Shown here: positions 1 to 7,542 of the stretch, piece after piece
Numbering within the stretch: the stretch's first letter is position 1
How the letters are laid out: each line of letters begins with the position of its first letter
DNA from: Fidelibacterota bacterium
GTDB lineage: Bacteria; Fidelibacterota; Marinisomatia; Marinisomatales; TCS56
Assembly (NCBI GenBank): GCA_043822705.1
Contig: JBDRBK010000203.1
Coordinates: 1-13,226, forward strand
DNA: 13,226 nucleotides
Direction of reading: 5' to 3'
Translations under genes and position numbers: made by a program
Notes under the pieces: generated by a model
What the model saw: the letters and a program-made list of their open reading frames with translations, nothing else
What the model was told of the DNA's origin: nothing
Databases searched by the model: none

Positions 1-1
1 C

Positions 2-538
2 CAATCGGACCTGATTGACAGGGTCATAATCGTGGCCGCGAGTCAGCCGAAGCTGTTTGAGATCTATGAGATCGTAGCTCAGCTCGATACCGAAGAGGTA
101 AGCGCCGTCCTTAACAGCACAGCGGTGCCGAAGCTTCTGTACGAGTTTGAGAACGTTGACGCTTTCGACGCAGCCTTCGAATTTGAAATGGTTCTCGATG
201 CATTGTGGGAGCCCAGCAACGAAGTACCCACGGTAGAAGTCAGCCCATTTGGGAACATGCTTATCATCCGATATCCAGACGAAGATCGCTTTTTGGAGAT
301 CGAGGAGCTGATCACCGAGTATGTCGATAAGCCCGATCCTGATCACGACAGAATCATCCGTCGGTCGTTCACGGTGCCGCGTGGCATGACCGCTCAGGGA
401 ATGGCGAACTGGCTCCAGGAGAATCACTCGGATTTACCGGTAAAACTTTTATCGAGCGTACCCTCGCCAGCCGCAACGATATCCTCCTTGCTGAAAGCCG
501 TACGCAAATTAAAATTTTTCATAGCTTTTCTAACATGA
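2..538 (+). CDS. Partial, probably truncated protein with secretin N-terminal (Secretin_N/NolW-like, GspD-type) repeats; recognisable part about 2-445, last ~30 codons probably read-through into unrelated DNA
   Basis: Frame is open from base 2 (QSDLIDRVIIVAASQPKLFEIYEIVAQLDT...), so the GTG at 32 is probably not the start. Two segments fit the N-domain end pattern 'N/D-x-(L/V)II...hhxEIxEhhxxhD': DRVIIVAASQPKLFEIYEIVAQLDT and GNMLIIRYPDEDRFLEIEELITEYVDKP. LLYEFENVDAFDAA resembles the domain-opening 'hxLxxxDAxxhA'. No secretin beta-barrel domain follows. Confidence 0.55.
   Translation, partial: QSDLIDRVIIVAASQPKLFEIYEIVAQLDTEEVSAVLNSTAVPKLLYEFENVDAFDAAFEFEMVLDALWEPSNEVPTVEVSPFGNMLIIRYPDEDRFLEIEELITEYVDKPDPDHDRIIRRSFTVPRGMTAQGMANWLQENHSDLPVKLLSSVPSPAATISSLLKAVRKLKFFIAFLT
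424..522 (-). pseudogene. 5' fragment of a FabA-like 3-hydroxyacyl-ACP dehydratase/isomerase, cut after ~30 codons
   Basis: Manual translation from ATG 522 gives MKNFNLRTAFSKEDIVAAGEGTLDKSFTGKSE*. RTAFSKEDIVAAGEGTL resembles the E. coli FabA N-terminus RESYTKEDLLASGRGEL. The expected LPxPxxLMxDR motif should come next but is replaced by SE-stop. It lies 93 nt downstream of a co-oriented acyl-CoA dehydrogenase, with AAGGAG at 544-539. Confidence 0.5.
433..444. repeat. Perfect 12-bp palindrome TTTACCGGTAAA at the apparent junction
   Basis: Read directly: bases 433-444 equal their own reverse complement. Confidence 0.9.
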
Positions 539-615
539 CTCCTTTTATGTCCTCGTTTGATCCCGGGTTGTCAAACCAGACTTTGCAGACCACGGGATAA
601 TGATTATCGCCAGAC

Positions 616-2274
616 CTAATTTACACGATCGAAGATGATATCCGCCAGTTGATCCATTGCGACAAGCAGACCACGGGAACCATCATCCAGCCGGGTAAGT
701 TTGTTGGTATGGGCAAACACGGCGAAAGTTTCCCGGTCGCAGGCGGCGCTTCCCAGCAGAATTTCAGTAGCTTTGTCACCGACCAGCAGGGCCGTTTCGG
801 CGGTCATAATGCGAGCCATCAGCTCCAGCTTGCGGGCTTCCGGTGTGCCGGTCGCCTGTAGCGCCTTGCGGGTCAGCGCCGCCGTGACTTCGACCCAGCT
901 GACCATATCGGCCAGCAGGAACATGACATGTTGACTCTTGGTGAGTTTGTGCTGGTGAACCGCCTGGATCGTGGCATTCAGAACGCGAGTCGCCAGGGCG
1001 GCGGTGTCGGCTCCCAGTGAACCGTTCCGACCGTGGGCCGAATCCAGTTCGGCCGCCAATGAGGCGTAGAATTCGCCGCCTGTTTTAACTGTTTTTTTCC
1101 AGCGGAACATGCTGATGATACTCTGCTGTATTTCGCTGGTGCCTTCGTAAATATTGGTGATCCGGACATCCCGCTTGATTTTTTCGACCTGGTACTCGTT
1201 GATATAACCATATCCGCCCAGGGCCTGAATACAGCAATCCGCCGCCCGGTTGGCGACTTCGGTAACGAAATACTTGGCGACTGAACCTTCTTCCTGCAGG
1301 CCCGTTTCCCCGGAATCGAATTTAAGCGCGACCTGTTCGATGTAGGCTGCGCCGGCGGCCAGACGGACGGCGCCGGGCACGATCAGCTTATGCGTATAAC
1401 CCTGCTTTTCCGACAGCGGTCCCCCGAATTGAATCCTTTCCTGGGCGTAGGCCGTGGCGATGTCGAGTGCTTCCTCGGCCGCTCCCAGGGCCATGGCCGC
1501 CACCATCAGACGGGTATAGCCGAATACTTCATTGGCCTGTTTCATACCCTGCCCGGGGACGCCGCCGATCAGGTTTTCGGCAGGAACCAGAACATCCGCC
1601 AGCACAATCGGCGAGGTATTAGAGGCGCGGATACCATGCTTTTCCTCGCCTTTGCCGAGCAATAGTCCCGGCATGCCCTTTTCGACCACAAAGAAAGCCG
1701 GACCTTCAGGAGTATTGGCCAGCACGGTGATGATGTCGGCGTAGCCGCCGTTGGAAATGAATTGTTTGTTGCCGTTCAGTTTATAGGCGGTGATCTCACC
1801 AGCGGCGTTCCGCACCGGCTCGGCCTTGGTCTTGAGGGCCGCCAGATTGGAACCGGCACCCGGCTCAGTGACGGCGTAGGCGACGATCGAATCGCCTTCG
1901 GCGATCTTGCCAAGCCATTTGGCCTTCTGTTCGCGGGTCGCCCCGACCAGGATCGGATCGGAGCCGAGCTGGAGGGCAAAAAAGGCGGTGCTGATTCCCA
2001 GACAAATCCGTGATGTTTCCCGCGTCAGGGCGCAGGAATCGCGGGCGCCGCCGCCCATCCCGCCGTATTCTTCGGGAATGAATACCAGTTGCAGGCCGAT
2101 CTCCGGACCCAGCATTTCCCGGATGACCGCTTCCGGAAAGATTTCCTTTTTATCCCATTCCAGGATTCGTTCACGGGTCAATAATTTTTTACGCAGTTGG
2201 CGAATCGTATCCAGCACCATTGACTGCATTTCTGTATCGAGCCCGATCAGGGCCGTGGAATTTTCAGTAATCAT
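616..2274 (-). CDS. Acyl-CoA dehydrogenase family protein, long form (~552 aa) with an extra C-terminal helical region
   Basis: ACAD motifs IPEEYGGMG, AYAVTEPGAGSN, LNGNKQFISNG, EEKHGIRASNT, ERIQFG, IQALGGYGYINEY and IYEGTSEIQ (catalytic Glu position). Start moved from 2427 to ATG 2274 (MITENS...), which follows GGAAGG; the 51 upstream codons fall in an AT-rich promoter-like region. Confidence 0.93.
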   Translation of the reverse strand: MITENSTALIGLDTEMQSMVLDTIRQLRKKLLTRERILEWDKKEIFPEAVIREMLGPEIGLQLVFIPEEYGGMGGGARDSCALTRETSRICLGISTAFFALQLGSDPILVGATREQKAKWLGKIAEGDSIVAYAVTEPGAGSNLAALKTKAEPVRNAAGEITAYKLNGNKQFISNGGYADIITVLANTPEGPAFFVVEKGMPGLLLGKGEEKHGIRASNTSPIVLADVLVPAENLIGGVPGQGMKQANEVFGYTRLMVAAMALGAAEEALDIATAYAQERIQFGGPLSEKQGYTHKLIVPGAVRLAAGAAYIEQVALKFDSGETGLQEEGSVAKYFVTEVANRAADCCIQALGGYGYINEYQVEKIKRDVRITNIYEGTSEIQQSIISMFRWKKTVKTGGEFYASLAAELDSAHGRNGSLGADTAALATRVLNATIQAVHQHKLTKSQHVMFLLADMVSWVEVTAALTRKALQATGTPEARKLELMARIMTAETALLVGDKATEILLGSAACDRETFAVFAHTNKLTRLDDGSRGLLVAMDQLADIIFDRVN

Positions 2275-2354
2275 ATAACCTTCCAGTGATTTAAATAAAG
2301 TAATTCCAAACCGGAGTCGCAGATCGTACGTCTCCGAATTAATCCCAACGAGTC

Positions 2355-2374
2355 GATTTTGATGATTGAAAATC
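2355..2374. promoter_or_regulatory. Imperfect inverted repeat GATTTT-N8-AAAATC, candidate operator upstream of the acyl-CoA dehydrogenase
   Basis: 6-bp perfect arms, lying just downstream of the candidate minus-strand promoter. Confidence 0.3.
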
Positions 2375-2394
2375 AAATTCGAAATACGGGGCGG

Positions 2395-2423
2395 AAAGTA
2401 TTCCGTCACGGCCAAGATTACAA
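2395..2423 (-). promoter_or_regulatory. Candidate sigma70-type promoter of the acyl-CoA dehydrogenase (TTGTAA-N17-TACTTT)
   Basis: Minus strand -35 TTGTAA (2423-2418), 17-nt spacer, -10 TACTTT (2400-2395), within the AT-rich divergent intergenic region. Confidence 0.4.
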
Positions 2424-2471
2424 TCATTTTTTGACAATATTGATTAACTTAATTCCCCCGCTTGACCGGGT

Positions 2472-2487
2472 TGGAAAAGTTTTTCCA
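2472..2487. promoter_or_regulatory. Near-perfect palindrome TGGAAAA-GT-TTTTCCA, candidate regulator binding site
   Basis: 7-bp perfect arms with a 2-nt centre, about 55 nt upstream of the PAP2 start and just after TTGACC (2462-2467). Confidence 0.35.
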
Positions 2488-2541
2488 CTAATCGTGCCGG
2501 CCGGATATTAATGGCCTGCCCACTGGTGACGGAGGTAACGA

Positions 2542-3387
2542 ATGGGTTTGATCGAATTTTTGCAACGGTTTGATTTTGACTGGTTGATAATGGTCATGAA
2601 AACAATAACCTTTCTGGGCGATGAAAATTTCTATCTGCTGGTCCTGCCGGTGTTGGTGTGGGTCTGGCGTAAGCGGGACGTGCTGCCGCTGGTGATCATT
2701 CTGTTGTTGAATTTCTGGATCAACTACGAATTGAAGGAATTTTTTCAGCAGCCGCGTCCGGCGGGTGTCGGACTGATAGCGGCCGACCATTTCGGTTTTC
2801 CCAGCGGACACGCTCAGGGGGCGATGGTGTTGTGGGGCTATCTGGCCTGGGTCCTGGTCGTTTCCAATCGCCGGGCGGTCTATGCCTGGTTCGGTACGTT
2901 GATATTTTTTATCGGCCTGTCACGGCTCTATCTCGGTGTTCATTTTCCACAGGATGTGGTCGGCGGCTGGTCAATCGGTTTTCTGGTTTTGTTTATCGGC
3001 ATCGGCATTTTAAAAACCATCCGGGTGCGGCAACTGGAATTTCCGCCGGTGCCGACGGCAATGTTGGCGCTGCTGGCAGGGATGATGCTGGCGCTGCTGG
3101 CACCGTCCGACCTGTCGGCCAGGATAGGGGGAATGCTGGCCGGTCTGGTGGGGGCGATAATTCTCGAGCGGGTAATACTGCGTTACGAAACCGCCGCCGA
3201 CTGGTGGCGCCAGGTCCTGAAAATTGTTATTGGGATTACCGGGATCGTTATCCTGCGCAGCACATTGAAAATGGTGTTGCCAGAGCTGTTATGGGCGGAT
3301 TGGCTGCGCTATCTGGCAATGGGCGTCTGGATCGGGCTGGCGGCGCCCTGGTTGTTTGTCAGGCTGCGACTGGCGACGAACGACTAA
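2542..3387 (+). CDS. PAP2-family membrane phosphatase (lipid/undecaprenyl-phosphate phosphatase-like) with additional C-terminal TM segments
   Basis: All three PAP2 motifs: KEFFQQPRP (KX6RP), FPSGH and SRLYLGVHFPQDV. Strong RBS GGAGGT at 2531-2536; multiple hydrophobic helices. Confidence 0.93.
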   Translation: MGLIEFLQRFDFDWLIMVMKTITFLGDENFYLLVLPVLVWVWRKRDVLPLVIILLLNFWINYELKEFFQQPRPAGVGLIAADHFGFPSGHAQGAMVLWGYLAWVLVVSNRRAVYAWFGTLIFFIGLSRLYLGVHFPQDVVGGWSIGFLVLFIGIGILKTIRVRQLEFPPVPTAMLALLAGMMLALLAPSDLSARIGGMLAGLVGAIILERVILRYETAADWWRQVLKIVIGITGIVILRSTLKMVLPELLWADWLRYLAMGVWIGLAAPWLFVRLRLATND

Positions 3388-3773
3388 GATTCCGCGGAAA
3401 GTTCGCCCAGCGCAACCCGTTTTTTGATCAACTGAACCAGGTCGTAATTTTCTTTGGTCGGGATCAGCTTGAAACAGGTTTCCGCCTCCGACAGAGCGTA
3501 GTCGTACCAGCCCTTTTTAGTATATACCAGAGCAAGGCTGTAGTGGGCTTTGGCCAGCGTTTCAAAATCATCGCGGGATAAGTTACCGGCATCGGTCGGC
3601 AACAGTCGTGTCACTTCCCGGTATTCCAGTACGGCCTCATCCATCAGACCCTTCTGAAAATACCAGTTGCCCAGCTTCAGATGGCGCTGCGGACTATCCT
3701 TACAACCCGAAATTGTCAGCAGGACCGGGATGAGGATCAACAGAATAAGGTATTTGTTCTTAAACATATTCAT
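3384..3773 (-). CDS. Small tetratricopeptide-repeat (TPR) lipoprotein
   Basis: Basic N-terminus, hydrophobic stretch and lipobox-like ISG-C. TPR-like segments HLKLGNWYFQKGLMDEAVLEYREV and AHYSLALVYTKKGWYDYALSEAETCFKLIP. Start could be Met1 or Met3. Confidence 0.8.
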   Translation of the reverse strand: MNMFKNKYLILLILIPVLLTISGCKDSPQRHLKLGNWYFQKGLMDEAVLEYREVTRLLPTDAGNLSRDDFETLAKAHYSLALVYTKKGWYDYALSEAETCFKLIPTKENYDLVQLIKKRVALGELSAES

Positions 3774-3894
3774 GAATGACAGGGTTAATTTCTTGGCACT
3801 TGCAGCCTAAAAGCAAGTAAAAATGCAGGTTTCTTGAATTTCGTGTTCCAGATCAAAGTATTTCGTATTTGCAAGAATATATTTTCAATAAAAA

Positions 3895-5139
3895 TCAGGT
3901 CGATTCGGTTCCCGGGTCGCGCACCGTGATCACCAATAATCCGGCACTGATCAGCATCGATCCACCCAAACCAATCAGAACAGCAGGAATGCTGACGATA
4001 TGACTCAAGCTGCCCGCCAGCATGATCGCCAGAAAAGTGAACGGTGCCAGGGAAGTATCAATCAGGGCCATTATCGTTTTATTGTCGCGGTGGCCGGCGA
4101 ATCCGTAAAGCAGGTTCATCGATGCCGGGATAAACGAACCGAGTCCGGCCCCAAGAAAGGCGAACACCAGATAAATCCACGACATACTGGGTGCGACTAA
4201 CGCCAGGGTCAGGGCGCTGAGATGCAGGCACATTGACAGGACCAGGGCGGTCTTGTGGCCATAGCGGTCGCCCAGGCGTCCGGAGAAGTAACTGGCCAAT
4301 CCGAAGGCAATGGTGTTGATTGCCGTAAAAATACCGGCCTCGCTGATGTCGAAATTGAAGCGATCCTGAGCGTAAATCGCATACAGGCTGATGGCAGGAA
4401 AACTGGCGGTAAAAAAGATTCGGCTGACGATATAACGGCGAAAATTGGTGTGCGTCCGGATTATAGCCCGTATTTCGGCCCAGAATTCCGGTACGGTCCG
4501 GTGCGGGCGGACATCCGCCGGCGTTTTGACCTTGTAGAAAATGAAGACCAGCGTGCCGACGATCAGGGCGCCGAAGGTGATCAGAAAACCCCAGCCAAAA
4601 TTCCGTGGAAAAGATATCGTGCTACTCAAAAGGGCCTTGGAAACCAGACCGCCGGCGAAACCGCCGAGGCTGTTGAAGGCAAAAGAAATACCCAGGAAAG
4701 TACCCCGGCGTGTTTTCTGGGTAACGTGCGTCAGAAAGTCGGCCCAGATCGGTAGAATCATCCCGATTGCCAGGCCGTACAGGATGAAACAGATATAGTA
4801 AAACACCCAGGCCTGCGGTCCGCTGGGAGCGAAGAAGGCGAAAGTGAATCCGGCGATGAAGATCGGCGGCCAGACCAGTGTGTGGACGCCCAGCACTGCC
4901 AGCTTGATGTTCCTGATATTGCGGCCCATAACCGCCGTAATCAACTGGGGAACGGCCATCATGATGCTGAACAGCCCGGCGACGGAAATCACCACCCCCT
5001 GCGGAGCGTTAAGCTGGTACAAAAACAGGGGGATGATGGCATAGGCATTGTGAAAGGCCGCCCCGAACCCCCAAGAGCCTTCGTGTACGCAATTGAGAAC
5101 TAAATTGCGGGTCTGGTCGCGCAGTGAAAGTTCATTCAT
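3895..5139 (-). CDS. Major facilitator superfamily transporter, substrate unknown
   Basis: 414 aa with about 12 hydrophobic segments in two halves separated by a hydrophilic loop. MFS motif A-like GRLGDRYGHK; TQKTRRGTFLG in the N-terminal half. Confidence 0.88.
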   Translation of the reverse strand: MNELSLRDQTRNLVLNCVHEGSWGFGAAFHNAYAIIPLFLYQLNAPQGVVISVAGLFSIMMAVPQLITAVMGRNIRNIKLAVLGVHTLVWPPIFIAGFTFAFFAPSGPQAWVFYYICFILYGLAIGMILPIWADFLTHVTQKTRRGTFLGISFAFNSLGGFAGGLVSKALLSSTISFPRNFGWGFLITFGALIVGTLVFIFYKVKTPADVRPHRTVPEFWAEIRAIIRTHTNFRRYIVSRIFFTASFPAISLYAIYAQDRFNFDISEAGIFTAINTIAFGLASYFSGRLGDRYGHKTALVLSMCLHLSALTLALVAPSMSWIYLVFAFLGAGLGSFIPASMNLLYGFAGHRDNKTIMALIDTSLAPFTFLAIMLAGSLSHIVSIPAVLIGLGGSMLISAGLLVITVRDPGTEST

Positions 5140-5146
5140 CCGCAGT

Positions 5147-6058
5147 TCACCGTGATAATCTGATGAACGATATGCGCACGATCGCCAGTATCAGAACGGC
5201 GGCGGCAAGGAACTGCACCATGGTCAGGGTGCTGTCGTTGATCAGGTAATCGAATAAAATGGCCGAGGCGGGAAAACAGAGTTCGCAGATTGTTGCCACG
5301 GCGGCGCGCACCCGCCGCAGACCGAAATAATACAGAAAAATCGCCGCCGATCCACTAGTGAAAGCAATAATCAAGAAGATCAGCCAATTAACCGCTGTTA
5401 TTTCACTGAAATGATTCAGGTTGCCGCTCAGCAGCAGGTACACCAGCATGATCAGTGTCGTAATTCCGAACCGGTAGAAAGTAGCGGTGGTGAAAGAGTA
5501 TTTCAGCAGGACTTTACGGCCCAGAACAGTGGCGCTGCCAAAGGATGCCGCTGCAATCAGGGCCCAGATAGCGGCCTGGAAAGCATTGGATCCGGCCTGG
5601 AAATTGGGCAAACCCCAGCCGAAGGTCAGAAAATAACTGGCCACGATTGCGATGGCGGCCCAGATTAAAAACTGGCGCCGGATTTTTTCTTTCAGCAGGA
5701 CCGCCGCCAGCAGAATGGCGAATACCGGTTGGAGTTTCTGCAGCAGCACGACCATGGTCAGGTGCTGGAAATTTACCAGGAACAATGCTTTTACGATTGC
5801 CAGGGTACCCAGGGCACCGCCGAAGAAAGCCACCAGATTGAAGGTGATCCAGTCCCCGCTATCAAATTTTTTAAGCTGGCGATATTCCGGCAGCAGAAAC
5901 AAATGCATCAGGGCAAAGGGAATCAGGTGCAGCATGAAAACCACGAAGCCGGTATCCAGGTTATACAGGCGCGGCGTCAGGACGATACCGTCCAGTCCCC
6001 AGGATACGGCGGCTACGCAGATGGCGCCGGCGCCGATAAACTTTGCTTTTTGTGTCAT
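5147..6058 (-). CDS. DMT/EamA-family transporter
   Basis: 303 aa, about 10 TM segments in two EamA repeats. LLQKLQPVFAILLAAVLLKEKI, and LYYFGLRRVRAAVATICELCFP in the second repeat. 7-nt gap to the MFS gene suggests co-transcription. Confidence 0.9.
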   Translation of the reverse strand: MTQKAKFIGAGAICVAAVSWGLDGIVLTPRLYNLDTGFVVFMLHLIPFALMHLFLLPEYRQLKKFDSGDWITFNLVAFFGGALGTLAIVKALFLVNFQHLTMVVLLQKLQPVFAILLAAVLLKEKIRRQFLIWAAIAIVASYFLTFGWGLPNFQAGSNAFQAAIWALIAAASFGSATVLGRKVLLKYSFTTATFYRFGITTLIMLVYLLLSGNLNHFSEITAVNWLIFLIIAFTSGSAAIFLYYFGLRRVRAAVATICELCFPASAILFDYLINDSTLTMVQFLAAAVLILAIVRISFIRLSR

Positions 6059-6185
6059 TCGCGAATAGCCCTTCTAGCAACTGCTGTTTTGAATTCTGAC
6101 GGCGGTGAAGTTACGGACCTTTTGGACAGCAGAGAAACAGAAGCGGTGGTGCCGAAGCGTTAAGCTGCCTATATTCCGACCCGTT

Positions 6186-7526
6186 ATGAATACCACACTT
6201 AAGCGAACACTGGGTCTCTGGGACCTGATTTTCATGAATATCGTCGCCATCGTCGGATTGCGCTGGCTGGTTACCGCCGCCCGCACCGGCTACAGCAGCC
6301 TGTTGTTGTGGGTTCTAGCGCTGGCGGTCTTTTTTATTCCCCAGGGATATGCCATCCATATCCTGTCACGCCGCTACCCCAACGAAGGCGGGATTTATGT
6401 CTGGGCGCGGGAAATTTTCGGTCCCCGCCACGGTTTCATTGCCGGCTGGTGTTACTGGATCAACAACCTGATTTACTATCCGGCGCTGCTGATGTTTCTG
6501 GCCGGTAACGCCCTGTTCATTTTCGGCGGTCAGTATATTCATCTGGCGGACAATAGATTATATATTGCCCTGTTTTCACTGAGCATGCTGTGGCTGGTGA
6601 TTCTGCTCAACATTCGCGGCATGTCCATCGGTAAATGGTTGCACAACCTGGGTGGAATTGGTGTCTGGATACCGATCGGCTTGTTGGTCGGTCTGGCGCT
6701 GGCATCGCTGGTAAAATGGGGCCCGGCCGAACCATTCCAGTGGCGGGCGCTTTTCCCGAATCTGGCCAGTTCTACTACCTGGTCTTTCTGGGCCACCATG
6801 TGTTTCGGTTTCGCGGGACTGGAAATAATGTCGCTACTGGGAGACGAAATCAAGAATCCGTTGCGCAATATTCCCCGGGCGATCGTCATTTCCGGCGTCG
6901 GTATCACGGCGGTGTACATTCTGGGAACCTATGCGCTATTGGTGGCGCTGCCCAAGGAGGAACTGGGTCTGCTGGCCGGCATCGTGCAGTCGATCGGGTC
7001 GCTGGGCGAAAGTTTTAATCTGTCCTGGATCGGGGGACTGGCAGCTCTGTTTATCGCCTTGTCGGGTGTGGGCGGCGTCAGCGCCTGGATCGCCAGCGTG
7101 GCCCGGGTGCCGTTCGTGATCGGCCTGGACCGCTACCTGCCGGCGGCATTGGGAAAACTGCATCCGCGCTGGGGTACGCCCCATATTTCGCTGCTGGTGC
7201 AGGGTGGTCTCACCAGTCTGTTTATCATGTTCAGCGTGGTCGGCAGCACAGTCGAGGAGGCTTACCTGATCCTGCTGGATGCGGAAATCGTGATTTATTT
7301 TATACCCTATCTGTATATGTTTTATGCAGCCTATCGGATCAGCGGCGGCGACCGTCGCGGTCGGCTGGCGGGGATATTCGGTTTCGCGGCCACGGCGCTG
7401 GCGATGCTATTCGCCCTGATACCGCCGGAAGGAGTGAATGCCTTGATCTTCGAAGTGAAAGTACTGGGTGGAACGGCTGTTTTCGTGGGCAGCGGCCTGC
7501 TGATTTACCGGCGTCGCAGCGGCTGA
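6186..7526 (+). CDS. APC-family amino acid/polyamine permease
   Basis: LKRTLGLWDL opening, YPNEGGIYVWAREIFG, FAGLE, DEIKNPLRNIPRAI and KLHPRWGTPH motifs. ATG 6186 preferred over GTG 6105 because family similarity begins there. Confidence 0.92.
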   Translation: MNTTLKRTLGLWDLIFMNIVAIVGLRWLVTAARTGYSSLLLWVLALAVFFIPQGYAIHILSRRYPNEGGIYVWAREIFGPRHGFIAGWCYWINNLIYYPALLMFLAGNALFIFGGQYIHLADNRLYIALFSLSMLWLVILLNIRGMSIGKWLHNLGGIGVWIPIGLLVGLALASLVKWGPAEPFQWRALFPNLASSTTWSFWATMCFGFAGLEIMSLLGDEIKNPLRNIPRAIVISGVGITAVYILGTYALLVALPKEELGLLAGIVQSIGSLGESFNLSWIGGLAALFIALSGVGGVSAWIASVARVPFVIGLDRYLPAALGKLHPRWGTPHISLLVQGGLTSLFIMFSVVGSTVEEAYLILLDAEIVIYFIPYLYMFYAAYRISGGDRRGRLAGIFGFAATALAMLFALIPPEGVNALIFEVKVLGGTAVFVGSGLLIYRRRSG

Positions 7527-7542
7527 CCCAGCAATCGTACTG

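Noticed and set aside
561..597. Imperfect hairpin TCCCG...CGGGA between the ACAD and the fabA-like fragment
   Set aside because: Short interrupted stem, large loop and no U-tract; not supportable as a terminator or ncRNA.
2275..2427. N-terminal extension of the ACAD in the ORF track (likewise 6105-6185 for APC and 8937-9053 for yqgE)
   Set aside because: Not family-like, and overlaps promoter-like intergenic DNA; downstream ATGs fit better.
2832..3581. 249-aa alternative-frame ORF overlapping PAP2 and the TPR gene
   Set aside because: Gly/Arg/Ala-rich with no motif; typical off-frame ORF of GC-rich coding DNA.
3794..3804. TGGCACTTGCA resembling a sigma54 promoter
   Set aside because: The GG and GC elements lack the required -24/-12 spacing, and no + strand gene follows.
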